Part shown: piece after piece, positions 50,972 to 62,938 of the stretch | Layout: each line of letters opens with the position of its first letter | Position numbering within the stretch: position 1 is the stretch's first letter | Assembly (NCBI GenBank): GCA_951406725.2 | Contig: OX597825.1 | Location: 61,132,001-61,196,000 of the forward strand | Direction: 5' to 3' | Length of the DNA: 64,000 nt | Source of the DNA: Octopus vulgaris | Taxonomy: Eukaryota | Notes under the pieces: generated by a model | What the model saw: only the letters and a program-made list of their open reading frames with translations | The model's database searches: none | What the model was told of the DNA's origin: nothing | Program-made: the position numbers and the translations under genes

Positions 50972-51822
50972 TTCACGGCAGTGAAACATGGTCCGTGACA
51001 GTGGAGGACGTGTGTAGGCTCAAAAGAAATGAAGCTAACATGATCTGCTGGATGTGTAATGTCAGTGGGCCCACACGACAGAGTGTAAGCACCCTGAGAG
51101 AAATGTTGGACATAAGAAGCATCAGATGTGGCGTGCAGGAGAGATGATTGTTTGGTATGGTCATGTAGTACGGATGGATGAGGAGAGATGTGTGAAGAAG
51201 TGCCACTCCCTATCAGTTGAAGGAATCCAGGGTAGAGGTAGATCCAGGAAGACATGGGATGAGGTGGTCAAGCATAACCTTTGGACGTTGGGGCTCAGAG
51301 ACAATGACAAAAGACCCAGACCTCTGGAGATATGCTGTAACTATGAAGACCCGACAAATAAATTGAGTTCGTGGCTCACAAGACAGCTTACTGTGCTTAC
51401 CTTGGACCGTAGGGCAACCTGCCATGCTTGAGGAGACCTACTGAATCAAGTACATCAACACCAAAATAAAAATCAAATGGAATTTGTAGTTGTGATACTC
51501 GTGCCGGTGGCATGTAAAAAGCACCATCCGAACATGGCCGATGCCAGCACCACCTTGACTTGCATCTATGCCGGTGGCACGTAAAATACACCAACCAATC
51601 ATGGACGTTGCCAGCCTCCTCTAGCCCCTGTGCCAGTGGCATGTAAAAAGCGCTCACTACATTCGCAGAGTCATTGCTGTTAGGTAGGGCATCTAGCTGT
51701 AGAAACATTGCCAGATCAAACTGGAGCCTGCTGCAGCCTCCTGGCTTCCCAGACACCGGTTGAACGTCCAACCCATGCTAGCATGGAAAACGGACGTTAA
51801 ACGATGATGATGATGATGATGA
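50968..51822 (+). mobile_element. RTE-clade LINE, 5'-truncated (end of ORF plus 3' UTR plus (GAT)n tail)
   Basis: [11 protein letters not shown]...[30 protein letters not shown], then the 3' end CCCATGCTAGCATGGAAAACGGACGTTAAACGATGATG. Confidence 0.9.
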
Positions 51823-52444
51823 TACTAACATATATGTATACATATACATATATACATGTATACATATATATATGTATACATATATAACGATATATACATG
51901 TATACATATATAACGATATATATTCATTGCACACACACACACACATACATATATGTAGATATATATACGTTGTACACACACGTATATATATATATGTAGA
52001 TATGTATGTATGTATATATGTGCAATATTAATAAGCTGACTGAAAAGTAAATGACACTTAAAAAGCAATAAAATATTTACCAATTTGTAGATATTAATAA
52101 TAAGTCAAATTTTTTTGATATCTGAATATAAAAAAATAAATTACAGCCATTCCTCCGTCAAATGAAATATTTTTACTAATTTCTCTGATTTAGGAACTAA
52201 TAAAGTTCTCTTTTTTGTTTCAATAAAAACAGTTCTCCAGATGTTTAGCCATTTAACTGTGATTGCGTTTGACTTTAAAAAAAAAACTGTTCTCTGTTAT
52301 GTCTTCACTTCAGTTTTGGCAGTTGCTATTAAGACTGATTTAACTTATTAAATGTGATGTCTGAATAAAAAGTCATATACTAAAATTGCTCCAAATATAA
52401 AATATATAATGTTAATATTCAATCGGTATTGTCAGTTAAAGAAT

Positions 52445-52827
52445 TACTTTTTTACTCTTTTACTCTTTTACTCGTTTGACTGCGGCCATGCTAGAGCATC
52501 ACCTTTAGTCGAGCAAATCGACCCAAGCACTTATTCTTTGTAAGCTTAGTACTTATTCTATCGGTTTCTTTTGCTGAACAGCTAGGTTACAGGGACTTAA
52601 ACACACCAGCATCGGTTATCAAGTGATATTGGGGGGGACAAACACAGACACACATACATATATACAATGGGGCTCTTTTAGTTTCTGTCTACCAAATCCA
52701 CTCACAAGGCTTTGGTCGGCCCAAGGCTATAGTAGAAGACACTTTCCCAAGGTGCCACACAGTGGAACTGAACTGGAACCATGTGGTTGGTAAGCAAGCT
52801 ACTTACCACACAGCCACTCCTACGCTT
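52445..52827 (-). mobile_element. Family A SINE, full length
   Basis: Family A on the minus strand with a (TTTTACTC)n tail. Confidence 0.88.
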
Positions 52828-53494
52828 ATTGGTAGTTTTATTATTAATTTTTTCAAAATATTAGAATTTTAAAGTTGTCCTTGTCTTGTTAGTGACTTGA
52901 TTGGAGTTTGTATGCTGAAACTTAAGTATTTATTGATTATAAGGAGGGGTTATGGGAGAGAGATAGTGATTGTTCACAATAGAGAAAAGTTATTGTAAAT
53001 GGAGACTGGTTGCTGTGTCTCATTACACAGGTGACACAGCACTGGGAGAGATTTTCACAAAGCAAGATTTTGGGGAGGGAGTTGAACACAGACAATAGTT
53101 ATATTAGGGATGCAAAGTGATAGAGAAGAGGGTGATGAAGATGGGAGAAGGCAGTAGATAGAAGCTGAGCATGAACCTAATGGATGAATGACCCAAATGA
53201 CAATATGTAATACATCCCACACTCATTATACATTTCACTAATTTATGTCGTGAAGATATAAATATAATGGTTTCAAATTTTGGCACAAGGTCAGCAATTT
53301 CTAAGGAAGAGGATAAGTAAGTTACATCGATCTCAGTGCTCCAACAGTACTTATCCTCTCGATATAAGAAGGATGAAACAAGGTCAGCTTTGGTATCTTT
53401 TGTTCTCAGAACATAAAAGAAGAAGAAATTCTGTTAAGTATTTTGTCCAGTTTGCTAACGATTCACCCAAATCATTGCCTTACTTTGACATGAA

Positions 53495-54315
53495 TATAAT
53501 AAAATATCTGTCATGTGCAATGGAATTAGCATTTGATTAAAATAGCTACCTGTGTATTATAGTTAATGCAGGTACATTGTGGAATTTAACAGCAGTAGTC
53601 ATCTGGAGAATTATGAATGAACTGAGTTTAAAAACAAAAATATATCAAAAAGCTGACAAAAATCGTTAAAAATTCGTCCAGCTACAGCAGCAATGGGAAT
53701 TTTAGATGTGCACTTCTTCCTCATTAGGCGTTGTCAGTAGCATGTACTCACTGACAGCTACATGATTAGAAAATATCTGTTGCAACAGATATAAGAAAAC
53801 TGATTGTAAAATTACTGTTGTTGGAATAAGCTGCCTATCTGCTATTGATATATTCATATTTTTAAACATAAATGCATCTATAAGAGATATTATATCCAAA
53901 TGAACATGACAGGTGCACTTTCACAATGTATCTACATTAAGTATAATGCACAGATAGCTATTTTAAGCTAATACTGTTTCTCTTGCATATAACAAATTTT
54001 TATTCAGTTGGGTCGGTAATTAAAATGCCAGTGATATTTCGACCACAGTTTTCCTATATCAGTAGAGAATGAACTTGCCTTAATATGCAGCTGGTAGTAA
54101 CTATATACTACAGTCAAAGCCCAAAAAGGTAGAAATGTGCCTTTAGCATTCTCGACACAACTACTTGAAGATTTTCTTTTGCTACTGATGTATTTTGTTC
54201 TTAAACGGAATATATCCATGAAAGACATCATCAGATGAATAATATAATTAATTTGTCTATTTGTGATGTATCTGCATTAAGTATGATACACAGATGGCTC
54301 TATTAAACTATATTG
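53495..54315. mobile_element. Old DNA-transposon remnant with ~90-bp imperfect inverted repeats and a possible hAT C-terminal fragment
   Basis: TTAAAATAGCTACCTGTGTATTATAGTTAATGCAGGTACATTGTG (about 53537-53581) is inverted at about 53923-53968 and partly repeated at about 54262-54310. ISVENELA (about 54056-54080) resembles hAT LSIENE. Confidence 0.45.
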
Positions 54316-54757
54316 GATTAATGTTATGGCTGACTACTAAAACTACATTATTACAGTTTTTTCAGTGAAGTTACCAAAACTGAAATGAATACATTAAGTG
54401 CACTTTACTTGAAAATTTTCATGAGAATTGAGTTGACAATTCCATAGTTTTGTGCAAGCTATACAATTCTCATGTAGTTGATATTAATATAGTGAAGAAG
54501 TGCAGAATTAAGTTTCTGTTATTTTTTTTCATCTCTTTTCTTTAATATCTTGTATATCAATGCAACAGAACAATAGAAAGTGACAACATTTCTTTATAAA
54601 GTTTGTTTAGATGTTATTGACTACCAAATGCATTAAAAGCAGAAACAGAAAACTATAGAAGTTCATGTAAAAATCATTAAATTTTTAAGTGAAACGAAAT
54701 TTTCTAAATAATTGTGTGCGCACGTTTGTGTGTGTGTGTGTGCGTGTGTGCATGTGC

Positions 54758-54817
<60 letters not shown>

Positions 54818-55145
54818 GTATCATTATCATTTAATACTCATCTTTCATGCTGGTATGGGTTAGATAGTTCATTAGAATCTGGTGAGCTGAAAGAATGTGT
54901 CAAGTACCAATGTTTGCTTTGGTATTGTTTCTCTGATTGGAGACCGTCTCTGACACCATCCACTTTACAGAGTGTACTGGGCATATTTTCATGACATAGG
55001 CATTAGAAAAAACCACCCAGTAACTCTCAAGAAAGTTTCCCCCAGTTCAGTGGGAGTGTTGTAGTGGAGAAGGAGTTTTTTTTTTGTCAGATGTTGACAT
55101 CTAGATCCTCCTAATATAATAATGAGCATAGTATTTTTTATATAT

Positions 55146-55224
<79 letters not shown>

Positions 55225-55469
55225 TAGAATCATGCTGGACGTGGAGGAGAGAAATAGTAATTCAGTGAAGGAGACGTAGTGAGAGGAATAGCCCTGACTG
55301 AGAGGGAGTGAGAGAAAGGAAGGTGTGATACATGAATAAAGAAGGAAAGGGTGAAAAATTCAGAGTTTTAACTCTATGTGTGTATACGTGTGTATGTGTG
55401 TGCATGTACAAGGGAAATATGTGAATGTTTGTATGTAGAGAATAAGCATGGTGTATATGTCTATATATT

Positions 55470-56247
55470 TTAGATCTTAATTATTATATTTATTGATAAT
55501 AATTTAGTTATTATTCTTAAATATTTTATAATTATTAGATGTGAACTTAAATTTAAAAATATGAATAGTGATTTTTTTGTTAAATAATTTAGATATTGAC
55601 TATATAACTGAGTTAAGGATATTTGGGAGTTTATTATGTTTTTTAAAGCCATATTATATCTTAATAGATTAATACATTTTTCTATCTATTTTTTTACCTT
55701 ATAAATTAATATTTTACATAATAAATGGGTTGTATGACATAATCCTAATGTTTTAAGTTTCTAATTTGATAATTGAGTTTTTTATAAGAAAAATTATTAT
55801 TTTATTTATTTCTTAAAAAATATTGTTAAACTCTATTTGCTTATTTATTTAACTATTATCATTAACCTAAAGATTGACTATAATTTTAATTCAAATTTTT
55901 AATTGAATTTAAACTTAATTGTAATTAGAATTGAATTATAGCCATGAAACTACGTAATGTTTTTACTTATTATATTTAACTTTTTTATACTTTTTGGTTA
56001 GTTTAAAAAAAAAATTTAAAGTTTAGAAATTTGAAAATTTAAAAATTTAAAAATATAAAAATATGAAAATATAAAAATTTATAAATATAAATCTAAACAT
56101 TTCAAATTTTAATAGTTTAAATTTTAAATTTTATATTTCATATATATATTGTATATTATATTAATTATATTTATATTTTGTTTTTCATGTTTTGGTTTAT
56201 GTCTATCACTGTTCGAGTTGCCTAATAGTGGTTTTATCTCTAATTTA

Positions 56248-56252
<5 letters not shown>
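55470..56252. mobile_element. Extremely AT-rich dispersed repeat, possibly Penelope-derived; its right part is homologous to 13106-13305
   Basis: Both loci share TTAATTGTAATT.GAATT.AATT.TAGCCATGAA...TTTTTACTTATTATAT and TTTTGG.TTATGTCTAT.ACTGTT.GAGT.GC.TAATAG.GGTTTTA.CTCTAATTTA. Confidence 0.5.
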
Positions 56253-56297
<45 letters not shown>

Positions 56298-56301
<4 letters not shown>

Positions 56302-56372
56302 ATCTCTTTTCCTCAGTTTGTTACTTAATGTATATATATATATATCTTTCTATGTATGTATGTTTCTATCTA

Positions 56373-56409
<37 letters not shown>

Positions 56410-56530
56410 TTATATAGATAAATAGATAGAAACATGCAGACATATATAGAAAGATATATATATATACATTAAGTAACAAACTGAGGAAAAGTGATCTTTC
56501 AAAGGGGTGTGTTAAACATCCAATTGACTG
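56298..56530. mobile_element. Fold-back of a short repeat (putative pLTR), ~100-bp arms
   Basis: AAAGATCTCTTTTCCTCAGTTTGTTACTTAATGTATATA pairs with TATATACATTAAGTAACAAACTGAGGAAAAGTGATCTTT. Confidence 0.7.
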
Positions 56531-56943
56531 ATACGTTAGTTGAATACCATGTAAATATTGGTATAATGCAATTACAAAGATAAATTCAATAGAGAGATAT
56601 TATTGACAAGGCAATATTTCCTTTATATTATAATATTAAATGATATACTGTGAATATAATATAACATAATATTATATAACATAAACAATTATTTTAAAAA
56701 ACCCATAAAAGGTCAACAAATTATTTCGACTTATATAAATTTTCTGATACACATACACAATAACATACAAAAAGGCTTGGTGACATACACACACCTATAT
56801 GACAAGCTTCTCTCAGTCTGCATCTAAACAAATCAACTTATATGGCTTAGGTCAGCCTGAGGCTATATTAAAAGATGTTTGCTAAAGCTGCCATGCAGTA
56901 GTTTTGGATGTGAGACTGATGAATTGTGCATGACCTTGTTTAA

Positions 56944-57164
56944 CCCTTTAGCATTTAAACCGGCCATATCCGGCCAGAAGTATTCTGCCTGTTTTATGTT
57001 CAAACTGGCCAGATCTGGTCTCTCACCCTAACCCTACAATATCGTTTTAAAAATTAACAGCTACCTCATCAAAATCTCATAGCTACAAGATAATGTATGG
57101 TTAGTTCAAAGCAATGTGGATAAAAAAAGATTAATTTTGGCAGAATAATGCGAACACTAAAGGG
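56944..57164. mobile_element. piggyBac-type MITE (221 bp)
   Basis: TTAA TSD at 56940-56943 and 57165-57168, with TIRs CCCTTTAGCATT ... AACACTAAAGGG. Confidence 0.85.
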
Positions 57165-57623
57165 TTAAAGAGAAGAAGCATTGTGTACTGCCAACCTCAC
57201 TCTCTCATCCTTGACCATCTTCAGACCAATGGCAAGACTAGCTCAAGACAACTGGGAATGGATCTCTTGGATGACCAAGATGTCTTTTTTCCCTCATCTT
57301 GCTTTTTGCACTCCACAAGGCATTGCCAAAGGCACCTTTCTTTCTGATGAACTACGAAGTTTCTTCTGCAGAGTCTGATGGATCCAGTTTACACATGCAT
57401 TAGTAGGTAAATGTTAATATGTTAGTTAACCCATGGCTGGGGTTCTGACAGGTGCTACTACTTTGGGTTGGAGTAGACCCGAAAAGAATTGTGGCTAAGA
57501 TGTAGTTTGACACTACTCAAAATCCTATAACTCCTGAACCAGAACCTCATTACCAGATGCAGTTTAAAATCATACCAGTCAATTTTTTAGAGAGAGTGAG
57601 AGAGAGAGAGAGAGAGAGAAAGT

Positions 57624-57676
<53 letters not shown>

Positions 57677-57744
57677 ATAATATGGTATGTGTACGTCTTT
57701 GCCGAGTTGGTAGTAATATAGGATGATATAAATAGTTAATATGA

Positions 57745-57956
57745 TTTCAAAGATTGGCACAAAGCCAGCAATTTCTGGGGAGGGGATAAGTCAAGTACAT
57801 TGACCCCAGTGCATAACTGGTACTTATTTCATCGACACTGAATGGAGGAAAGGCAATGTTGAGCTTGACAGAATTTGAACTCTGAACCTAAGGACAGACA
57901 AAATGCCAATAAGCATTTTGTCTGGCATGAGGATGGTTTTGCCAGCTCACCACCTT
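57745..57956 (-). mobile_element. MetaSINE-like family B, older copy
   Basis: Reverse family B motifs (GACCCCAGTGCATAACTGGTACTTATTT...GCCAGCTCACCACCTT). Similar decayed copies lie at 46185-46615 and 53270-53480. Confidence 0.75.
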
Positions 57957-58194
57957 AAATAAATAGGTAAAACTGATATAAGAGAAGTGTGGGCCCATCA
58001 CTATGTCACTTCATTTACCACCAGAGTCACACAGTTGGACAGGATTTTGGATTTTATGAAACCATGCTATCCTTTAGCATGCTGACAGATTATCAGTCCA
58101 TTAAATCAACTCTGCCTGTGACTAATAATTAATTTTATTTGCCTCTCAAAGATGAAAATCAAAGCTGAAGATCTAAGTTAGATCTCATCAAGAT

Positions 58195-58469
58195 TATTCT
58201 TTATTCTTTTATGTTTTCACTTGTTTCAGTCTTTTGACTGTGGCCATTTTGGAGCACTGCCTTCAAGGGATTTTTAGTCAAAGATTTCAACCTCAGGACT
58301 TATTCTTTCTAAGCTTAGTACTTATTCCTTCAGCCTCTTTTGCTGGACCACTAAATTACAGGGATATATACACCAACATTGGTTGTCAAGTGATGGTGGC
58401 GGGGGTGAGGGACAAATTCAGGCACAAGGACCTACACACATAAATATATACATATATATATACATATGA

Positions 58470-58517
<48 letters not shown>

Positions 58518-59070
58518 ATGTATATTGGCCTGCTCATTTAGCCAGTGGGGTGGCATCATTTGAAGGCTAAGACAATGTGAAGTGCATTGTGACCAGTGAT
58601 GTGTAGCAACATCTAATAGCCTGGTCGGCCATGTGATCACATGATATATATATATACGTTTATATAACAGTGGGCTTCTTTCAGTTTCTTATTTCTTTAT
58701 TGCCTACAAGGGGCAAAACATAGAGGGGACATACAATGACAGACAAAGGGATTAAGTCGATTACATCGACCCCAGTGCGTAACTGGTGCGTAACTGGTAC
58801 TTAATTTATCGACCTTAAAAGGATAAAAGGCAAAGTCGACCTTGGTGGAATTTGAACTCAGAACGTAACTGCAGACGAAATACCGCTAAGCATTTCGCTC
58901 AGCATGATAACATTTCTGCCAGCTCACCACCTTTTCAGTTTCTGTCTACTAAATTCACTCACAAGGCCTGAAACTAAAGTAGAAGACACTTGCCCAAAGT
59001 GCTACACAGTGGGAATCAACCCAGAACCATGTGGTTGTGAAGCAAGCTTCTTACCACACAGCCGTGCCTT
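58195..59070 (-). mobile_element. Family A SINE carrying two nested insertions: family C tail (58526-58650, +) and family B (58690-58932, -)
   Basis: Family A sequence resumes after the family B copy. The TSD TTTCAGTTTCT lies at 58679-58689 and 58933-58943. Confidence 0.85.
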
Positions 59071-61294
59071 TTGCCTTAAATTATAATTTTCAAAAATTTA
59101 AAAAGTTCACCAACCAAATGTTTTTGAAATATATTTATTAATTACTTAAGCTCTTTGTTTTTCAGAATAAATTAATTATGGAAAATAAACATTTTGTAAT
59201 TTTTGAGTATATGGTATGAATTTTTGAATGTACTTTTGTTTGCATAAAGAAATCTGTATTATGCTACATATATAATAATATATTGCACTTGGTTCCCTGT
59301 TTTCCTTCATTAATACAGACAAAATCCCAATGTACTTTCTAAAACATTTATTATTGAATTAAATACAGAATAATTATTTAAATTTGCATGGTAATTAGAA
59401 CAGATATAATATTTAGTGTAAGCTGTTAATTGAGAAATTAATTATCAGCAAGGAATTATGATTTTGCTATAGAAGAGAATAGCTGAGAACAATAGTTATG
59501 TCTTTCGGTAAATGTTAGTAAAATCTGGTACTTTGCCAGAAGAAATTTATTAATGAATGAATTATAGAAAATTACAGTTTTTGTAGCTAATTTGTTCGAC
59601 TAAAAGTGCAACTTTATTTAAATAATTACATATTAACAGAGACCCTAACTAGATAGCATGTAATTTAGATACATTATAGAAAAATAGAAAATGGGTATTA
59701 GTAAACACACATCTGTATAGACGGACAAATATATGCAAATTTGAATTTTATACATTTTCTTTTCATATTCAGTTTTTCTCTCATTTGATATCTCTGTTTG
59801 CCTTCCTTATCTGAATATTTAACAATTTACAATGCTATTTAATACATGGTTGAGCAGGCACGATCACATATTAAAGAATGGTTGACATGGAAACTATAGT
59901 TTTCAAAAGATGGCATAATTTGATATTCCTTTTTCTTTTTAATTTTGGTAAGTTGCTAACCAAACGAAATATCATGCAATGCCTTCACCTCTCCCATGTA
60001 AAGTCAGAAAGCTTTTGGATATGTACCAAGCAAACAAATGGAAATGACATCTCATATTGATAAATCTAAATCTTTTCATCATGCAAATGGGCCATTATTT
60101 GATTGATGTCATGTCAAAGCTGATATTCCAGCGGTATATTGCTGACACGGAACATCGGGAACATAGCTGTCCTACGATTGCTAAATGATATCATCAGAAC
60201 AAACAAACTATGCAAAACTTTAATCGACTTTTCGAAAAGTCATCTTAACAGAGTAGTCTTGCATTTCAACCAGAAACTTTTACAAAGTTTGCAAATCCGA
60301 ACTTTACTCTTTGCTTTTTCTAAGCAAGTGATATTTCTTTATCTCTTGGCTTTTATATCTTTACAGAAACATATGTACAAAATCACTCATGCATGAATGT
60401 CTGTGTTGCACAGAGAATCAAAACTGTTTTCTATGTGCAGCTATCTGTCACCCACTCCACATATTTTGATCATGCAACATAAATTGTGGTTGCATTTAAA
60501 GATATACACTTTGATATATACTTGCCTTTTACTTACATACTTTCCAAATAGTCAGACATCAGTCTCAGAAGTCTCTATAGTGTAAGTACATGGAGAAAAA
60601 AATGTTAAGCATACTAAGTACTTAGCTATTTCAAGTAATCTCCCGAAAGTCACTTAAATAATCTATACCTTGATAATAGCTGAGATAAAGCAATGCCACT
60701 TCAGTTACTTATGAACTGGTTAGAGACCGTACGTGTTCCTAACAGTATCTAAGTTCTGTTTTTTTAATTTTCATTTATTTTTATTTCTCCTGCCTGCCAA
60801 GTGCATATTTCTTACAATCATTGAGATTTTATTCAATTAATGGTTCATCCTCATTTTATATCCACTTTTCATGCTAGCATAGCTGGGAATGGACTTGTCA
60901 GGTCATTGTAGTCTGAGTTAGTTCTTTTTCAGAATTAGACTGCCCTCTTAAATGGGCCAGAACTATTGGATATTTTCTTATATCAAACATTTTATAGTAT
61001 ATAGTAGGTACATTTTATTGGAATGTCAGCTCTAAAAAGATTTTCATGTCCTCAATAAAACTGACACATCATCTCAGTCCTACATTATATCTGCCCAATC
61101 ACCAACCATGGTACACGCTTCTCTAGGTGCATTTCATCATAGTACCAACACTAGTGAGGTTCCCTTGTCATGTCCTCAACAAGGCTACAGTGATATCATT
61201 ATTCCCAAAGACTCATTCATACAAAGCAGCAAACATCCAAAATGAAACAATGAGAGAAAAGTCAACATGAATAAGTGGTGAGACAAGAACAAAA

Positions 61295-61428
61295 TTACAT
61301 TATTTACATTATTTACATTTGTCCTCATCTTGTTTGTTGTTAACACAACGTTTCAGCTGATATACCCTCTAGCCTTCATCAGGTGTCTTGGGGAAATTTC
61401 GAACCTAGGCTCTTACGGTATTTTTCGA

Positions 61429-61461
<33 letters not shown>

Positions 61462-61550
61462 CATTATTATCATTATTCAGGTCGCTGCCTGGAATCGAAC
61501 TCGGAATCTTGGTGTTAGTAGCACATGCTCTTAATAATAATAATAATGAA

Positions 61551-61584
<34 letters not shown>

Positions 61585-61762
61585 TCAACATCGTAAAATA
61601 CCTTAAAAATGAGAACCCAGGGTTGAAATTTCCCCAAGACACCTGATGAAGGCTTGAGGGTATATTAACTGACACTTTGTGTTAACAACAAACAAGATGA
61701 GGACAAATATCCATCAAATGTAAACAATGTAAATAATTCCTCATATCTGAAATATAGAACTA
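61295..61762. mobile_element. Head-to-head composite element: tRNA-like head plus (AAT)n plus hammerhead-bearing tail
   Basis: The minus copy has a B box GTTCGATTCC (61500-61491), (AAT)n, and a tail running 61430-61295. The plus copy has (AAT)n 61533-61580 and a tail 61581-61762. The two tails are inverted homologs. Confidence 0.8.
61342..61387 (-). ncRNA. Candidate minimal type I hammerhead ribozyme
   Basis: The minus strand reads GACAC-CTGATGA-A-GGCT-AGAGGGTATATC-AGCT-GAAA-C-GTT-GTGTT. Helix I is GACAC/GTGTT, the CUGAUGA and GAAA cores are intact, and helix III is the loopless palindrome AACGTT. Confidence 0.6.
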
Positions 61763-62375
61763 TAGAATAAAATTAATGAAACAGAGAGTGATTAAGATGA
61801 GACAGTGTTTAAAAAGGAAGTAAAGGAAGAGTGATAGTGCTGGCTGGCTGGAATAATAGGGGAGACAAAGCGATGACAGGGAGATATGAAGAGATTCAAT
61901 GCTATCCCTCATACATAGTCATCCTGATGGGAGAGAAGAGAATGATAGTAGTGCATAAGGTTTCTATTCATTAACACAAAATTATAATTTGGTATCATAC
62001 TGCTACTGTAACTTGTGTTATTGTTATTATTATTATTGTTATTATGTTTTCCCTAATTCATCATGCTGCTGATATTAAGCAAGGTAATTCTTACATTACA
62101 TTCAGGTTTGACTTTTAATTGATTTACTGTTGACACAAAATAAGATTTATGCAGGTTTTATATTTTGTTTCGTTTTTGGATTTGGTTTGCAAGATTCCTT
62201 ATGTGAGTTCATGTGTTGAAGCATATTCTGTTGCATCTGGGGAGTGTCATTTTCTTTTTGTGCCTTATATTTTGTTATTTTTCCTAAATCTTTTAGGTTG
62301 TAGTCACAGATTTGGAAATTTCAAAATTAAATGAAAATTTTCAAATTTAATATATTGATGTAAGTTTTCAGGCTG

Positions 62376-62445
62376 ATATATGAATTTTTGGGATTCATTT
62401 ATTCCAGAAAATATATGAATTTTTGGGATTCATTTATTCCAGAAA
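62376..62445. repeat. 35-bp perfect tandem duplication
   Basis: ATATATGAATTTTTGGGATTCATTTATTCCAGAAA x2. Confidence 0.9.
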
Positions 62446-62467
62446 ATATTTAAGAAAATGTTGCAAA

Positions 62468-62938
62468 TGGCACCTTCGGCAAGTGTCTTCTACTATAGCC
62501 TCGGGCCAGCCAAAGCCTTGTGAGTGCATTTGGTAGACAGAAACTGAAAAAAGCCAATCAGAGTGGTTGGCACTAGGAAGGGTATCCAGCTGTAGAAACT
62601 CTGCCAGATGAAGATTGGAGCCTCGTGCAGCCATCTGATTCGCCAGCCCTCAGTCAAATCGTCCAACCCATGCTAGCATGGAAAACGGACGTTAAACGAT
62701 GATGATGATGTGTATGTGTGTGTGTGTGTGTATGTTTGTGTGTCTGTGTTTGTCCCTCCCAACATCGCTTGACAACCGATGCTGGTGTATTTACGTCCCC
62801 GTAACTTAGCAGTTCAGCATAAGAAACTGATAGAATAAGTACTAGGCTTACAAAGAATAAGTCCTGGAGTTGATTTTCTCAACTAAAGGTGGTGCTCCAG
62901 CATGGCTGCAGTCAAATGACTGAAACAAGTAAAAGAGA
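62468..62938 (+). mobile_element. Family A SINE with an RTE 3' tail (62556-62710) inserted at its internal microsatellite position
   Basis: SINE body ...GAAACTGAAAAAAGCC, then RTE GAGTGGTTGGCACTAGGAAGG...GATGATG, then the SINE resumes at GTGTTTGTCCCTCCCAACATCGC. Confidence 0.8.

Noticed and set aside
55470-56252. NUMT (mitochondrial control region or rRNA)
   Set aside because: I could read no mitochondrial tRNA or protein motif, and part of the block recurs at 13106-13305 as a nuclear repeat. It is not formally excluded without BLAST.
59281-59302. TATTGCACTT, a miR-92 family seed-like start
   Set aside because: Similarity stops after about 11 nt and there is no complementary upstream arm to form a pre-miRNA hairpin.
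61638-61683. Active hammerhead in the plus-strand arm
   Set aside because: The GAAA core is mutated to GACA and the helix III palindrome is lost, so it is probably inactive.
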